Assembly (NCBI RefSeq): GCF_009914755.1
Contig: NC_060929.1
DNA length: 64,000 nt
Direction: 5' to 3' (one strand)
From: the human T2T-CHM13v2.0 reference genome, Homo sapiens
The notes below the pieces were generated by a model. It had not been told where the DNA came from and did no database searches. It worked only from the letters and a program-made list of their open reading frames with translations. The translations under genes and the position numbers were made by a program. Shown here in pieces: positions 43,330 to 59,829 of this stretch. The stretch's first letter is position 1. Every line of letters starts with the position of its first letter.

Positions 43330-46300
43330 GTATGCTTTTTGGGTGTACAGTTGCACAATGGACATATAAAGTACAGAGTGATGAGTGTCACAGTAACAGA
43401 CACAGGACTTACCTAACCCACCACAGCCGTACCCACAAGCACCACTGGGAGCCAGAGGACAGACCTGCTTTACCTGTAACCTCCACCAATGGTGCCCACA
43501 CACATTGTCCAGTGGCCTCAGGACTGACCTATCCTACTTGCACCCATGCACCCTTTGCACCACTGGCACGCATGCACTCCGTCTGGAGGCCTGGGGATTG
43601 ATCCACCCTGGCCACAGCAGCCAGCACCCATGCACAACTTTAGGGGGGGCCTGATGACAGGCATGCCCTGCTCGCTGCCACTACTTCCAGTGCCTGCACA
43701 CATTGTCTTGGGGCTTGGGGATTGATCCATACTGCCTGCTCCCACTGTTGCCCACACTCACCATCCAGGGGCCTAAGGACATTTCTTCTGCACCCACCAC
43801 CACCATTGCCAGTGTCCAAACATGTTATCGAGAGGCCTGGGGATCAACCTGTCCCCACTTACCAGCACCAATGTGCAGTGTCCAGGGGCCTGGGTATAGG
43901 CCTGCCCTGCCCACTGCTACCAACACAGACATGAACAATCTAGGGGCATAAGAAAGAACCACCACCTGCCACTGATGCCCACACATGTCTCCCAGCATCC
44001 TTGGACTCGGCTACTCAGCCTGCCACTGCTGCTGCCAGCACCTACCTTCCTAAACCACTTGAGGGCCTGGAGATTGGCCCATGTAGTCCACTGTTACCAC
44101 TGCTGGTGCCCATGTGCACAGTTCATGGGCCCAAAGGTTGGCCTGCCACTGCTATTGACACCACTGATACCACATATGCCACCCAGGGGGCTGAAGACCT
44201 ACCTGTCTGGATAGCCCATCTGACATCCCCATTCTCAGCAAAGCCTCACCACAGCCTCCACTAACAACCACCGGATAAGCCATTGAGGAACTCTCAGATA
44301 CCACACTGATGCTGATTACAGCTGAAGAAATCATGTGGAGAATACACTACTGCATCTATTCAGAATCAAATCCAAAGCACCCTACCCAAGTAACACTGTA
44401 GATACATCTACAGGAAAAAGTCATTCCCTACAAAAGCCAATCCATAAAATCAAAAGAAGTGACTGTTATACCAAAGTTGCAGATATTAATGTAAAGACAC
44501 AAGAGACATTAAAAAGCAAGGAAACATGGCACCTTCAAAGGAACACAATTATTCTCCAGTAACAGATAACAGCAAAAAGAAAATCTATGACATACCTGGA
44601 AAAGAATTCAAATCATAATATTAAAGAAATTAAATGAGATAAAAGAAAACACAGATAAATGACACAACAAAATCAGAAAAGTAATTCATGATTTGAATGA
44701 GAAATTCAACAAAAAGATAGATATTAAAGAGAATAAAAAAGAATTTCTGAAACTGAAGAATTCAATGAATAACATAAAAAATACAGTTGAGAACTCCAAC
44801 AATAGACTAGCTCAGGCAGAAGAAATTTCTGAACTTGAAGGCAGGTCTTTTGAAATAGCATAGTCAGCCAAAGAAAAAAAAAAAAGGAAAAGAAAGAAAA
44901 AGAATGAAGAAAGCTTTTGGCATACCATAAAGCATTTAAATATTTGAATTTTGGTGGTTCTAGAAGGAGAAGAGATGGGCAAAGGCATAGAAAATCTATT
45001 TGATGAAACAATTCCTGAAAACATCCCAAGTCTTGCAAGAGATATAGACATTCAGATACTGGAAGCTCAAAAATCTCCAAATGGGTTAAATCCCAAAAGG
45101 TCTTCCCCAAGGCAAATTATAGTCAAATAGTCAAAAGTCAAAGACAAAAAGAGAACTTTAAAAAATTAATAAAAAAACATCAAGTCAAAGATATGGGTAT
45201 CTGCATCAGAGTGACTGTGGATTGCTCAGTAGAAGCCTTATAGGCTAGAGGAGAATGAGATAATATAATCAGAGTGCTAAAAGAAAAATTACTGTCAAGC
45301 AAGAATACTATTCCCAACAAAGCCATCTTTCAAAACTAAGGTGAAATATTATTTCCCAGGCAAGCAAAGACTGAGGGAATTCATTGCCACTAGACCAGAC
45401 TTACAAGAAATGCTTAAGGGAGTCCTACATCTGGAGGTGAACGAATGACATCTACCATCATAGAAACACACCAAAGTATAAAAATCACTGGTAGTGCAGA
45501 TACACAAATGAGAAAGAGAAAAGAGTCAAATACTCTCATAACAAAAAACTACCAAATCATAAAGGAAAACAATAAAATAAGAAGAAGAGAATGGAGGATA
45601 TACAAAACAATCAGAAAACAATTAACAAAATGACAGGAGTAAGTCCTCACCTATCCATAGCAACCTTGAATGTAAACAGTTTAAGTTTCCTAGTTAAAAG
45701 AGACAGACTGGCTGATTTTTTTTTTTTAAACCAACTATATGCTGCCTACAGGAAATTCACTTCATCTGTAAAGATACACGTAGACTGAAAGTGAAGGAAT
45801 GGAAAAAAGTATACCACACAAACAAAATGCATGCAGGAGTAGCTACATTTATATCAGACAAACTAGACTTTAAGTTAAAAAACAAAAAGTGACAAAAATG
45901 ATCATTATATAATGACAAAGATATCAATTCAGCAAGAGGATATACAATTGTAAATCTATATGCTAATAAATATTATTATAGCTAAAGAAAGACAGACCCC
46001 AATAGAATAAAAGCTGGGGACTTCAACACCCCCCTTTCAGCAGTGGACAGATCATCTAGACAGGAAATCTACAAAGACACATCAGACTTACTCTGCACTA
46101 CAGACCTAACAGACATTTACATAACATTTCATCCAACAGCTGCGGAATACACATTCTTCTCATCAGCACGTGGAACATTCTCCAGTATAGACCATATGTT
46201 AGGACAAAAAACAAGTCCTAACAAATTTTTAAAAATCAAAATCATATCAAATATCTTTTTAGACTATAATGGATTAGAACTAGAAAATAATAACAAGAAG

Positions 46301-48385
46301 AACTTTGGAAACTGTACAAATACATGGAAATTGAGTAACATGCTTCTGAACATCTATTGGGTTAATAAGAAAATTAAGAAGAAACTTAAAAAAATTTTTA
46401 AAGAAATGAAAATGGAAATACAGCATACAAAAACCTACAGAATACAGCAAAAACAGCCTTGGAGAGAAGTTTATAGCAATAAATGCCTATATCAATAAAG
46501 TAGAAAGATTTAAAATAAACAACTTAATGCTATACCCCAAGAACTAGAAAAGCAACAACAAGCCAAATTCTAAATTACTAGAAGGAAATAAGAAAGATCA
46601 GAGCAGAACTAAATGAAACAGAGACTAAAAAATCATTACAGAGAATCTATAAAATGAAAAGTTGTTTTTTTAAAAAAATGAACAAAATCAATAAACCACT
46701 AGCTAAACTAACCAAGAAGAAAGAAGATAAAAAAAAGTAATCAGAAATGATAAAGAAGACATTATAATTGATACCACAGAAATACAAATGATCATTAGAG
46801 ACTGTTATGAACAACTATTCTCTACAAAGTGTAAAACCAGGACATAGATAAATTTCTGGACATATGCAACCTACCAAGATTGAACCAGAAGAAGTAGAAA
46901 ACATAAATAAATCAATAATGAGTAACAAGATTAAATTAGCAATAAAAAATCTCCCAACAAAGAAAAGCCCAGAATGAGATGAATTCACTGAAGAATTCTA
47001 TCAAACTTATAAAAAAGAACTAACATGAATTCTCCTCAAACTACTTCAAAAAATTGAAGAGGAAAAATTATTTTAACTCATTGTATGAGGCTAGCATTAT
47101 CCTAATACCAAAACTATACAAAGACACAACAATAAAAAGAAAATTGCAGGCCAATATTCCTGATGAACATAGATGCAAAAATCCTTAACAAATTTTAGCA
47201 AACTGAATCCAGCAACGTATCAAAAAGATATTATACAATGATTAAGAGGGATTTATTACAGGGATGCAAGGATGGTTCAACATACACAAATCTATAAATG
47301 TGATACATTACATCAACAGAATGAAGGACAAAAACCGTATGATCACATCAACACATGCAGAAAAATCACTTGATAAAATTCAACATCCTTTCATTATAAA
47401 AACTGTCAACAAATTAGGCATAGATGGAATATAAATCAGTATAATAAGGGCCGTATATGACAAACCTACAGCTAAGCATCATACTCAATGGGAAAAAGCT
47501 GAAAATCTTTCCTCTAAGAACTAGTATAAGACAAGGATGACTATTTTTACCACTCATATTCAACATGATACTGGAAGTCCTAGCCACAGCAATCAGGTAA
47601 GATAAAGAAATAAAAGGCATCCACATTGCAAAAGAGGAAGGAATGAAAACTATAAAACATTGATAAAAGAAATGGAGGAGGACACAAACAAATGGAAAGA
47701 CATCCCATACTCATAGATTGGAGTATTAATACTGTTAAAATGATCATATTACCTAAAGGAATTTACAAATTCAACGCAATCCCTACCAAAATACTAACAA
47801 CCTTTTTCACAGAAATAGAAAAAATAATCCTAAAATTAGTATGGAGCCAAAAAGGATCATAAATAGCCAAAGCAATATTGAGCAAAAAGAACAAAGCTGG
47901 AGGCATCACAGTACCTGAATTCAAAATATGCTACCTAGCTAAAGTAACCAAAACATCACAGTATTGATATGAAAATAGATACACACATCAATAAAGCAGA
48001 GTAGAGAACCAAGAAATAAGTCCATGTATTTGCACTCCACTGATTTCAACAAAGACACCAAGAACATAAAATGGATAAAGGACAGCTTCTTTAATAAATG
48101 GCACTGGGAAAACTGGATAATTATATACAGAAGAATGAAACTAGAGCTCGATCTTTCACTATACACAAAAAATCAAATGAACGTGGGTTAAAGACTTAAA
48201 TCTAAGACCTGAAACTATGAAACTTTAAGAAGAAAATATTTGAGAAATTCTCCAGAACAGTGTTCTGGTTAAAGATTTTTTGTGTTAAGACCCCAAAAAC
48301 ACAAGCAACCAAAGCAAAAATAGACACATGGGGCTATATTAAACTAAAGGTCTTCTTCACAGCAAAGTAAACAACAGAGTGAAAT
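43330..48385 (+). mobile_element. Old L1 (L1MA/L1M-type): repetitive 5' region, ORF1 and ORF2 remnants, no 3' end
   Basis: ORF2 starts at 45630 (MTGVSPHLSIATLNVN); endonuclease remnant ORF 46043-46498 (YTFFSSARGTFSSIDHML); many stops and frameshifts. Confidence 0.92.
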
Positions 48386-48690
48386 AAAGCTAAAGCAGAC
48401 TAAAATTTGGTTTCCATTTTGAAGGCTGGGCAAAGTAAAAAAAGTATTTCGTAGGCTGGGACAGACTATCAGGCTCAGTGGGCAGTGCATGTAACATAGA
48501 ACAAAGAAGCCTGGGGACCATGGTTCTAAAATGCCTGCAAATTAAAACATGGCGATGGCCATAACATCAGTGCTGTGAGAGAAGTGTTTACCAGTATCTC
48601 ACTGCCACACAGAGTAGTCATTGTCAAAAGAATATTGCCTAATATGAAGGCAAAAGATATACCCGCGTTGCATTTTTTAACAATTTTAAA

Positions 48691-49069
<379 letters not shown>

Positions 49070-50967
49070 TAGAAAAACATACAATAAAAACACATATTTT
49101 GATAGGAAAAGGACTGAGAAAGTTAAAAAAAAAAAAAAAGAATGAATCATTGATTTTTGAGTCATTGACTTTTTGTTACTATAATCATTTTTAAGTGTAT
49201 AAGTCAGTGGCATTAAGTATATTCAGTGTTGTACAACCATTACCACTATCCATTTCCAGAAGAATCATTGATTTTTAAAGAGTAAAATTAGGACACAGGA
49301 GCTCAAGTCTGATATCTCTTTTTGGATGGATTGATGCAGCAGAGAACTTTTGATAGACTATGCATGGGGAGAGAGCCTAATGCTGGGGCTTTGTTTTTCC
49401 TAAGACTCAATTGCTCCAGCTGGTGCAGAATAACTCCTCACCTGCTGCACATGCTGATTTTTGTATTGAATGGGAAGGCTAGGACACCAGATACTCACCA
49501 CATCCAGCCATTCTCCAGTGCTGCTGGTGGACACAGTATCACTTGATTTAATAGGCTGTTGTCAATGGAGGACAGCCTGCAACAGGGCAATGCCAAAGGA
49601 ACTGCTGTGCATTGCAGAGGTTCTAGCATTTTCAGAGCTACAACTGTCTTGGTTTTGGTTTAATCCTCCAAAACTACCCTTTTGCTGCATGACCCCACCC
49701 CCAAATTTGTAAAATTTTGTAGCTAGAAGGGACCCTAGAAATTATCTATTCAAACTCTATGTCCAGTTACAGAATCAAGAAGCCTGTTCAAGGCGATGCA
49801 GCAGAGGAAGCTGGGTCTGCCACAGTCCAGGTCTTCCAAGGTCCTATCCTTCCCACAGCTGCTGCACACATTCTAAAATTAAAGTGAGTAAAGTCTTAAA
49901 ACATTTTTCTTTTGCTTTATTTTGAGTAACCAGATGCTTCTGGGAGTAACAAAAGCAGGGGTAGAAGTCTCTAATCTGGTGGGGTTTCTTTTTTTTTCTT
50001 TCCCCTTTAATTTACCACATGTTGACCCTGACATTTTAATAAGGACACAGGACACAGTGACTTAACAATACAAAACAGTCTAACCCAGATGTTGATGGCA
50101 GACTCATTTCTGAAAGCACAAGCCTGAGAGCTTTTTTCAAAAGTGGGGAAAATGTTGGGATCCTAGAATAGCAGTCATAGCCCCCAGCTAAAATGTCCTT
50201 GTCAAACTTGCAACCAAGGCCATTGCTGACACACAGAAATTATTTATATTTAATCATTTTTGCCCATTCTCATTGTCATCCCTTCTTTTCTCTTCCTTTT
50301 ATGGCTCACCTTGCTACATTTCCATTATTTCCCACCCTCTAGGTTGCCTGCATCGTCTTGCTTGTCCTTGGGTTTTCATATCTCCCCATTAGAATAATCT
50401 GGCTTGGTCTGTGTTTCTGAAAAAAGCATCTCATCCCATATGGCTATTTCCTTACATTTCTTTCTACTATCAAAATATCTTTATACCTTTCTCCCTCCAA
50501 AGTGTCCTTTATTGACTTACTAAGACAATAATTTTATAATATAATCAAAATGTTTGTTAGCAGAGCTATATTATAACTTTAGGAGTCCATAGACACCCTT
50601 GGGGGCCCCTTCCTCGGCACAAAAATATTAAAAATTACATTTTACAATTGCATTGGGATGAAAATAAATATAAGCCAAATCTGACTCATTATTATACTTT
50701 CATTATTATTTTTCCCTCCAATTTTAAGATAAATTAAAATGAAAATTATTTGCATGGGCTTGTAGGCCCCTGGCACTGTGCCCCATGGGCAGGCTTTGGG
50801 CCATCCAGGTGCCGACTCTTAGGAAACTTTCATTCTACAAATACAGACATAAAGATAGATCATGTAATAGCCTTTGCTTTTTACCTTCGTGGTAGCTGTA
50901 GCCCTCTGTGTCTACCTAATTATTAGAGGTCATTTCCATAATGAATGGTAGCTGAAAATGCCAGATG

Positions 50968-51618
<651 letters not shown>

Positions 51619-51821
51619 CAAGCTTTCTCAGCCCCTCTTGTATCTAAGGTTTGGATACACAATCGAATTCTGGCTGTTGAAATTTCAGTGAAAGTATGAT
51701 GATGGCTTCTTGGAAAGTTTTCTTCTTGCTTAAATGTACAAGTTCCCACGCTTTCTATTCACTTTGGGACACGCATAAGCTTCTGCAGCTGTCTTGACAT
51801 CATGAGAGACCACACAGATAA

Positions 51822-52165
<344 letters not shown>

Positions 52166-52556
52166 TAATTCCAAGTTCTTGATGACATTGTTGAACTACT
52201 TAACCGGCTGTGAAACTACCTACTTCTGAACACTTTCATTAAGTGAAATAATAAATTCAAATTTATGCAACTTTGAGCTGGGTATTCTATTACTTGAAAT
52301 TTGTTACAGATAACAAGAAAACAAAGGTATACACCAGAAAATTTCAGATAAAATCTCACAAAAATAACAAGTCAATAACTCTTCTAAATTTTAGCAATAA
52401 ACATTTAAAAATAATATTTCCAATAATACAAATCATAACGAAATCCAAGAATAAATTTAAGGTATATGAAGCATATGCAAACTGCAACTTTACTGAGAAC
52501 CATAAAAATACTTGAATAAATGGAGAGATAACATGTGCTTTTAAGACATTATTCTA

Positions 52557-52847
52557 GGCCAGGCTTGTTGGCTCATGCCTGTAATCTCAGTGCTTTAGGA
52601 GGCCAGGATGGGAGAATTGCTTGAGGCCAGGAGTTTGAGACCAACCTGGGCAACATAGTGAGACCCTGTCTCTACAAATAAACAAAAAAATTAGCCAGGT
52701 GTGGTGGTGCTACCTGTAATCCCAGATACTCAAAGGCTAAGGTGAGAGAATTGCTTGAGCCCAGGAGTTAAGGCTACAGTGAGCCATGATTGTACCACTG
52801 TACTCCAGCCTGGATGACAGAGCTAGACCCTGTCTCTAAAAATAAAA
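52557..52847 (+). mobile_element. AluJ
   Basis: ttgcttgaggccaggagtttgagaccaacctgggcaacatagtgagacc...gctacagtgagccatgatt. Confidence 0.92.
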
Positions 52848-53142
52848 TGAAGAAATTATTCTGTATTGTAAGATGACAATTCTCACTAAATTGTTTTATA
52901 AGCCACTGTTTAAAAATGAAACAGTGAAATTCCAAATAAATTGCCTACGGTACTTTTTGTAAAATATTTATTGAAGTATAATATACATACAAAAAGTACA
53001 TATATCTTAAGTGTGCAGCTCTTAAGTTTATCTGAAATAAAAATGGAGAGAAATATACCATAAAATTTCAATAGAAAGGAATTTTACAATGTTTTAACTA
53101 GCACTGTACTATAGAAATCAGCAAAAAAGAATAATAACCCTA

Positions 53143-53293
53143 AAATCAAGCTCCAGAGTGCATAAATAAGTATATGTGATAAATGCAGCATTCCAAATTG
53201 GTGAGTTAATGGATTTTTAAATCAAGCTCCAGAGTGCATATATAAGTATACGTGATAAATGCAGCATTTCAAATTGGTGAGTTAACGAATTTT
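53143..53293. repeat. Direct tandem duplication, period 76 bp
   Basis: atcaagctccagagtgcata...ggtgagttaa..gatttt/aatttt at 53145 and 53221; 5 mismatches by hand count. Confidence 0.95.
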
Positions 53294-53656
53294 CGAAATG
53301 GTGTTAGAATGACTGATATAAGTATCCCACTGAACATATGAATTTTAAAAATAAATGTAAATAAATGAAACCAGAAAAGAACTAGAATAACATATAGTTT
53401 AAAACTCAGGATGAATAGGTATGACATGAAAAATAGAAATCACAATGGAAAAGATCAATAAATTTATCTACATACATTTAATACTTCTTTATGACAAATA
53501 TCATAAAGGTAAAAGGCAAATGATAAACTAGGAGAAAGTGTTTGCTATCTTGATGATGTTTGAGCTGGTGTCTTTGATAGGAATAGGGTATATTCTATTG
53601 CTTGCATGTGTAGATTCTAGAGTCAGATGGTTTAAATATGAATTCCCACTTGCAGC

Positions 53657-53811
53657 TGTCTTAGGTTGGGTTTCCTAGGAGCATTGGCTGAGAGAAAGAT
53701 TCTTATACAAGTGACTTATTGAGAAATTCCTCTCTAGTAAAACCTAGAGAAGTGAGGGAAGCAGGACAGGACAGGACAGGAGAATAAGCTAGCAAAGGTA
53801 AAGGTTCAGCT
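53657..53811 (-). mobile_element. LTR16-like ERVL LTR; apparent host of the nested MER57 insertions
   Basis: tgtcttaggttgggtttcct...gaagtgagggaagcagg; appears to continue at 54646-54711 and after 61170. Confidence 0.5.
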
Positions 53812-53888
53812 ACCTACAAAAAAAAAAAAAAAAAAAAACCACCACCACCACCATCACAACAATAACAAAACACTTCAAGTCCTATAGA

Positions 53889-54645
<757 letters not shown>

Positions 54646-55141
54646 AGCTGAAGTCTAGCCTTAGCCCATCGTAATGAAAGATTAGAGGCAAACATGGTAC
54701 CACTTTAAGGGTGTCAAAGCAAACGAAATATGGCCTGAGAAGGACTCCATACTTCTATATTTGAGTCCTTGTGGATGAACTGTAACCTAGCTTAATAGTC
54801 AGACAAGATCGAAAACCGAACTTAGAAGTATGCGCCTGTAACAATAACTGAGTCTTGGCTTATCCCAGCAGCCATACTTCAACCACTCATAGACCGCTAA
54901 TTGTTCTGTGTTCAAACAAGGCAAACACCAACCTGTAATCAATCCAGCTGTTTCTGTACCTCACTGCTGATTTCTGTACATCATTTCCCTTTTTTTCCTG
55001 TAAATCTTCTTCCACTACGTGGTTGTGTTGGAATCTCTGTGAATCTGCTGTGATTCTGGGGGCTGCTGGTTTCATGAATCGTTCATTGCTCAATTAAACT
55101 CCTTTAAATTTAATTCAGCTGAAGTTTTTCTTTTATCATGG

Positions 55142-55159
55142 TGGCATCAGAAGTGGGAT
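55142..55159 (+). other. Primer-binding site, tRNA-Leu-like
   Basis: tggcatcagaagtgggat matches 16/18 to TGGTGTCAGAAGTGGGAT, the complement of the recalled tRNA-Leu(CAA) 3' end. Confidence 0.75.
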
Positions 55160-57470
55160 CTAAAGTAGGGCTTCTAGCGACCCCCAGGAGCACTGAGTGA
55201 ACATGCAAGGTACCTGCAGGACCCACTTATGTCCACTGATCTCTCAGAGAGACTGGGGATCATGGGTAAGGTTCCTCTCATATTTTGGAGCTCCATGGAT
55301 TTGTTTTTTGAGCTCTCGGAGTTTCCTTGAGCAAATTTCTGATCCAAACTGGGTTTGGAAGTCATGACAGAAACAGGACTGGGTCCAGGAACAGATCTGA
55401 TCTTTTGTGTTGTGGCTTGGCCCCCAGGGCTATGGTATGGTGAGCTGGGTCACTAGGGCTGCTCAGGGTAAGGGAATCCAGAAGCCTGGCATACCAGCAA
55501 AAGGGTAAAAATTTCTTACCATTCAGATTTCTGGCTTCCCTCTCTCTGTGCAAACCAGTTGAATGAATGGTAAAAACTACTGTTTATTCTCCTCTGTAAA
55601 GTTTTGATTAATGCAAAAAAGAATTCTGAAGCTAGCCTTAAGCTGTAGCGAATCTTGTGTATTTTGTGCTATGAATTCATTTTTCTGTGTTGAGGGGTAC
55701 CTCAGGATAAAACATGGGCTTAGGACCCCATAAGCTCACTGTTCAAGATGGTCCAGCAAGCTGGTCAGTAACAAACTTTGCAGTAGGTCCCTGAAACAAA
55801 CAAAAAACTGGATGGGGCCTTCATCTTGTTTTATGTCCTTGGGAGCTTGACCTTGTAACCACATGGCAGTACTTTCTCTTGGTCTCTGTTTTCCAGGGAA
55901 TAGGAATTTTAGGGTTCATGTCATAGTTAGCTCTAAAAATTATCTTGAGTAGTTAAAAGCCTTTGCAAGCTCAAAATTGACTACTCCAGACTTCTTCTGG
56001 GAGGGGATATGGAGACTGCCCTGTGCTATAGCCCAGTAGCTAAGGTTTTGCCCTTTCGCAGTGCCTGTCTGGGTTTGATTCCTGGCTTAAGAAATGAGTC
56101 ATTTCTGATTTGATATTTGCATGAACTTGTTGATTCTATTCTCTTCTATGGACTGTCTTAAATTTTTCTTTCTCGAAGCACCTGGGAGGTTACGTTTGCT
56201 AAAGTTCAAAAGCCAGAAATATTGTCCATTTAGCTTGGCTAAAGTCAAGTATTAAGAAATTTTAAAAGGACTTTATTAAAGAGTGCTATGGTTAAAAGCC
56301 AGCGTAATTAAAAGTGGTATTCAAGCTCTAATGGCCTGGACTTCTTGGGAAAAACAGGAGACACTAGAGACCCTTTCCTGGCCCTGTTCTTCCAAGGACT
56401 CCACCATAAAGCCAATAACCAATTAAGAAACTTAAAAATTGGCAAATGAAAAATCTTACAACTACTGTACTAATCTTCTGTCTGTGTAGTTATATATGTG
56501 TCGTGTGTGTAATGTTTATATAAAGAGCTCTAATTAATTGGCTTAAACAAAAATAAGTGCTTAAATCAAATATTTTGAAAGAAAAATAAAAACTGTAATG
56601 CCTTTTAGTTTACATAACTGTACTAATCTTTAGGAAATAAAAACAGCTTTAAAGATTATTGGCAAAATTTAAACATTTGGTCTAAATTATGCAGGTCAGA
56701 TATTAAGTTTACTAAATGCTTTCAGGTCATAATCAGCTTCTTTGACTTTTGAAAATTGTTCAATTTACTTACCTTGGATACGTTAGATTCTAGATGAGGC
56801 CTGAGGACATGTGGAATTAGCCATGCACACTAGCTATGCAAAGAAGGTTGTAAAGAAGAGAGATTTTATATAAGAAAGTATATTGTATGGTAAATTCTTG
56901 TCCGAAAGTAAAATGACTGGTTGTTTAAAAAGAGGGATATTTAGGATGAGTCAGAAAGTCCAAGCATGTCATAGATTGTCTGCATAAGTTGTGAAATAAT
57001 TTATGAAACGCATTTATCCAAGAAACGTACAACTTAAAGGTGATTAGGGCTCCTAAATGCTTCATAAAATGCCACTATGACTCTTAACTGTACAGCTTGC
57101 CTGCTTAACAGCTATGTAAAGCCTGTGACACGTGGAGTTAGATGCTGGAAAGAGTCAGACCTTACCTGAATTTTTGTCTGGGTCCTAGGTTCCACACTGG
57201 TACGTAATTAGAATCACTTACTAACCAGGCTTTTCAGCAGAGGTAAAAATCACTAAGGGTTAACAGTATAACATGTATATGAGACTACTGAACAAAACAG
57301 TTTACATGCAAGGTGTGTAAGGAAAGTAGAATATACTTTTGGTAAAAGATTATTAGAAGTCATGGGAATTTGAACTTTTTGCCTAGATTAAACAGTTAAA
57401 GGATTGTTTTAAATTAAATAAAGCTAAAGGTTTAAACAAGTTGTGGAAGGTTTATAAAAATTAACCTTGC

Positions 57471-57811
<341 letters not shown>

Positions 57812-58739
57812 CTAAATTTAAAGGGGTATTATTTGGTTTTTCCATAAATTGAACATCAAAATAAAAGCACAACAGGTTTTTCTTAGAGCACTAATCTGCC
57901 CTTTAACAAAAATTGTAAAGGATTATAAAAGGTTTATAAAGTTCTTATTTTATGATCAAACTAATTAAGATTGAATACATTTGTCTGTAAGGTTTTATTA
58001 AGAATTGGGTTTGACATCAATAATGCACTAATGCAACAGTGACATTTGGCTTATTTGGTATAAAAATCATGGGAAGCATTAAAATAATGTTTAATCTTCA
58101 GGTTATATTTTAGTGATGATATTAATATATTTTCCAAAATTATATATATATATATAGGGATTTCTAAAACCCTAATATGTCTGAGTATATGATATCAATC
58201 ATAATTAAGGTTATAATGTTAAGTTATTGTAGACCAGAGAGATAACGAAATTTCCTTGTCAATTGTGTTTTTAACTATCACTATTTAAACTCATTTCTAC
58301 AATTAATTGCTTAATGCTCTTGCAGTTTCTAAAAACTCCATAAGCACACAAAAATCCCAGAATATGATGTCTTTTAAGAGGTCATGAAAGGATAGAAAGA
58401 ACCCTGAAAAGCACTCTTGAATAAAGTTTTCTAACAACTTTAAAATTATATCATGGGTAAGAATTCCCCATGAATTCCCCAAGAATTGGTCTGGATAAGA
58501 ACTCCTGAAACCTTAATAAAAAGACTGACTGATTTATAAAACTGCCAACTTAAGTATAAGAAAAATTGATTAAATACCAAGAAAATACTTTGCCCAATTA
58601 TCATGTGAAATCAGCCAATACTAGATATACAATTTGAATGAACTCCACAGTGTAAGTCAAATTACCTATGATAACCCATTAGTTATCAGTGCTATGCTCC
58701 TAAATTGGTTAAACAACTGGTATTCATTCAATGTTAAGT

Positions 58740-58860
58740 ATGGACTCATGAAGAATCAGGATGGCTGCCTTGTCCTTCCTGAGTCCTTAAAGCTTTTGTT
58801 ATTAAAGGTTCTGCATTCCATGACTTGTCATGGAAAAGATAAAATGATCCAAATTGAATA
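58740..58860 (+). pseudogene. ERV pol remnant (integrase N-terminal zinc-binding region)
   Basis: DGCLVLPESLKLLLLKVLHSMTCHGKDKM within ORF 58634-58894. Confidence 0.6.
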
Positions 58861-59829
58861 TATTGATGTGGTGATTTATAAATCGCAGAAATAGTTGAAA
58901 GCCAATGTTTGGTTCCATATTCCTGGGAAGACAATAAAAATTTCAGGTACATTTGGCTACCTGATAGGCCATTTAAACATTTATAAAGGAATTTTATTCA
59001 ATTGTCATTTTCAGTGCATGTTTTCTTGTTATATAAAAGCTTTCCCGTGTAAGAGGGCTAATGTTATAACAGTAGATTATTATGCCACAGTATATTTTCA
59101 CTAGGTAAAGAAAGCTTTTTATGGTTCACTGAGGACAACCCCTTCACAGTCTAGAACCCAAAGATTGGACATCAGATGCCCAAAGATTTGGACACCCAAA
59201 GAGAACATCAGAAAAAGACCATCCTTGCCATTCACACTACAGCAAAACTTTGGGACCTTACACTTTGGGTTCATAATCTCACAACTGAGAAGGGTCCCTC
59301 CACACTCTTGGAACTGTACACCTATTGTAACCCTTAAGGTAAAGCTAACCAGGACAGTTTCTCCCCAGAATAAGATGGCATCCTTAATGTGAACAGTTTT
59401 CCCAGAATCACAGATCAAAACTTCTCTACTATCATGAAACTCTTATCTTTGAATTTTTTTTTCATTTCTTATGCCTCTGTGAACAACAGAAGTGAAAGGG
59501 TGGTCTATTATGTACACTTATAGGCTGTACCTTTATTTGTGAAGGATTTTGCGGCCAGCCTTATACATGAATAACCTTTAATAGATAAAAGATGAAGGCC
59601 AAATATAGGTGAGAAAGGTTAATGATACATATGTTGCCTCATAATCAGTCAAAACTCCTATTAACCTACATCATGGATTAAAGAGAATATTGCCAGGAGG
59701 CCTTCACTCTTCTAGAAGGACATCATTTGTTAGGTCCTTTTTCCATGATTTAGAATAAAAGGCAATAATTTAAAATGTCTCCCTCATAATAGGCTCTACA
59801 GCAATTTCTACTTTAAAGGCTATCATTAC

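Noticed and set aside
43430-44230. Periodic GC-rich units as a CRISPR-like array or a coding repeat
   Set aside because: The units are highly degenerate with no invariant repeat, and they run directly into L1 ORF1, so they fit an L1 5' region.
46043-46498. 151-aa ORF as a functional gene
   Set aside because: It is a fragment of the L1 ORF2 endonuclease, surrounded by stops and frameshifts.
50560-50800. Possible hAT-type DNA transposon relic
   Set aside because: The GC-rich ends around an AT-rich core are suggestive, but I cannot assign a family or terminal repeats with confidence.
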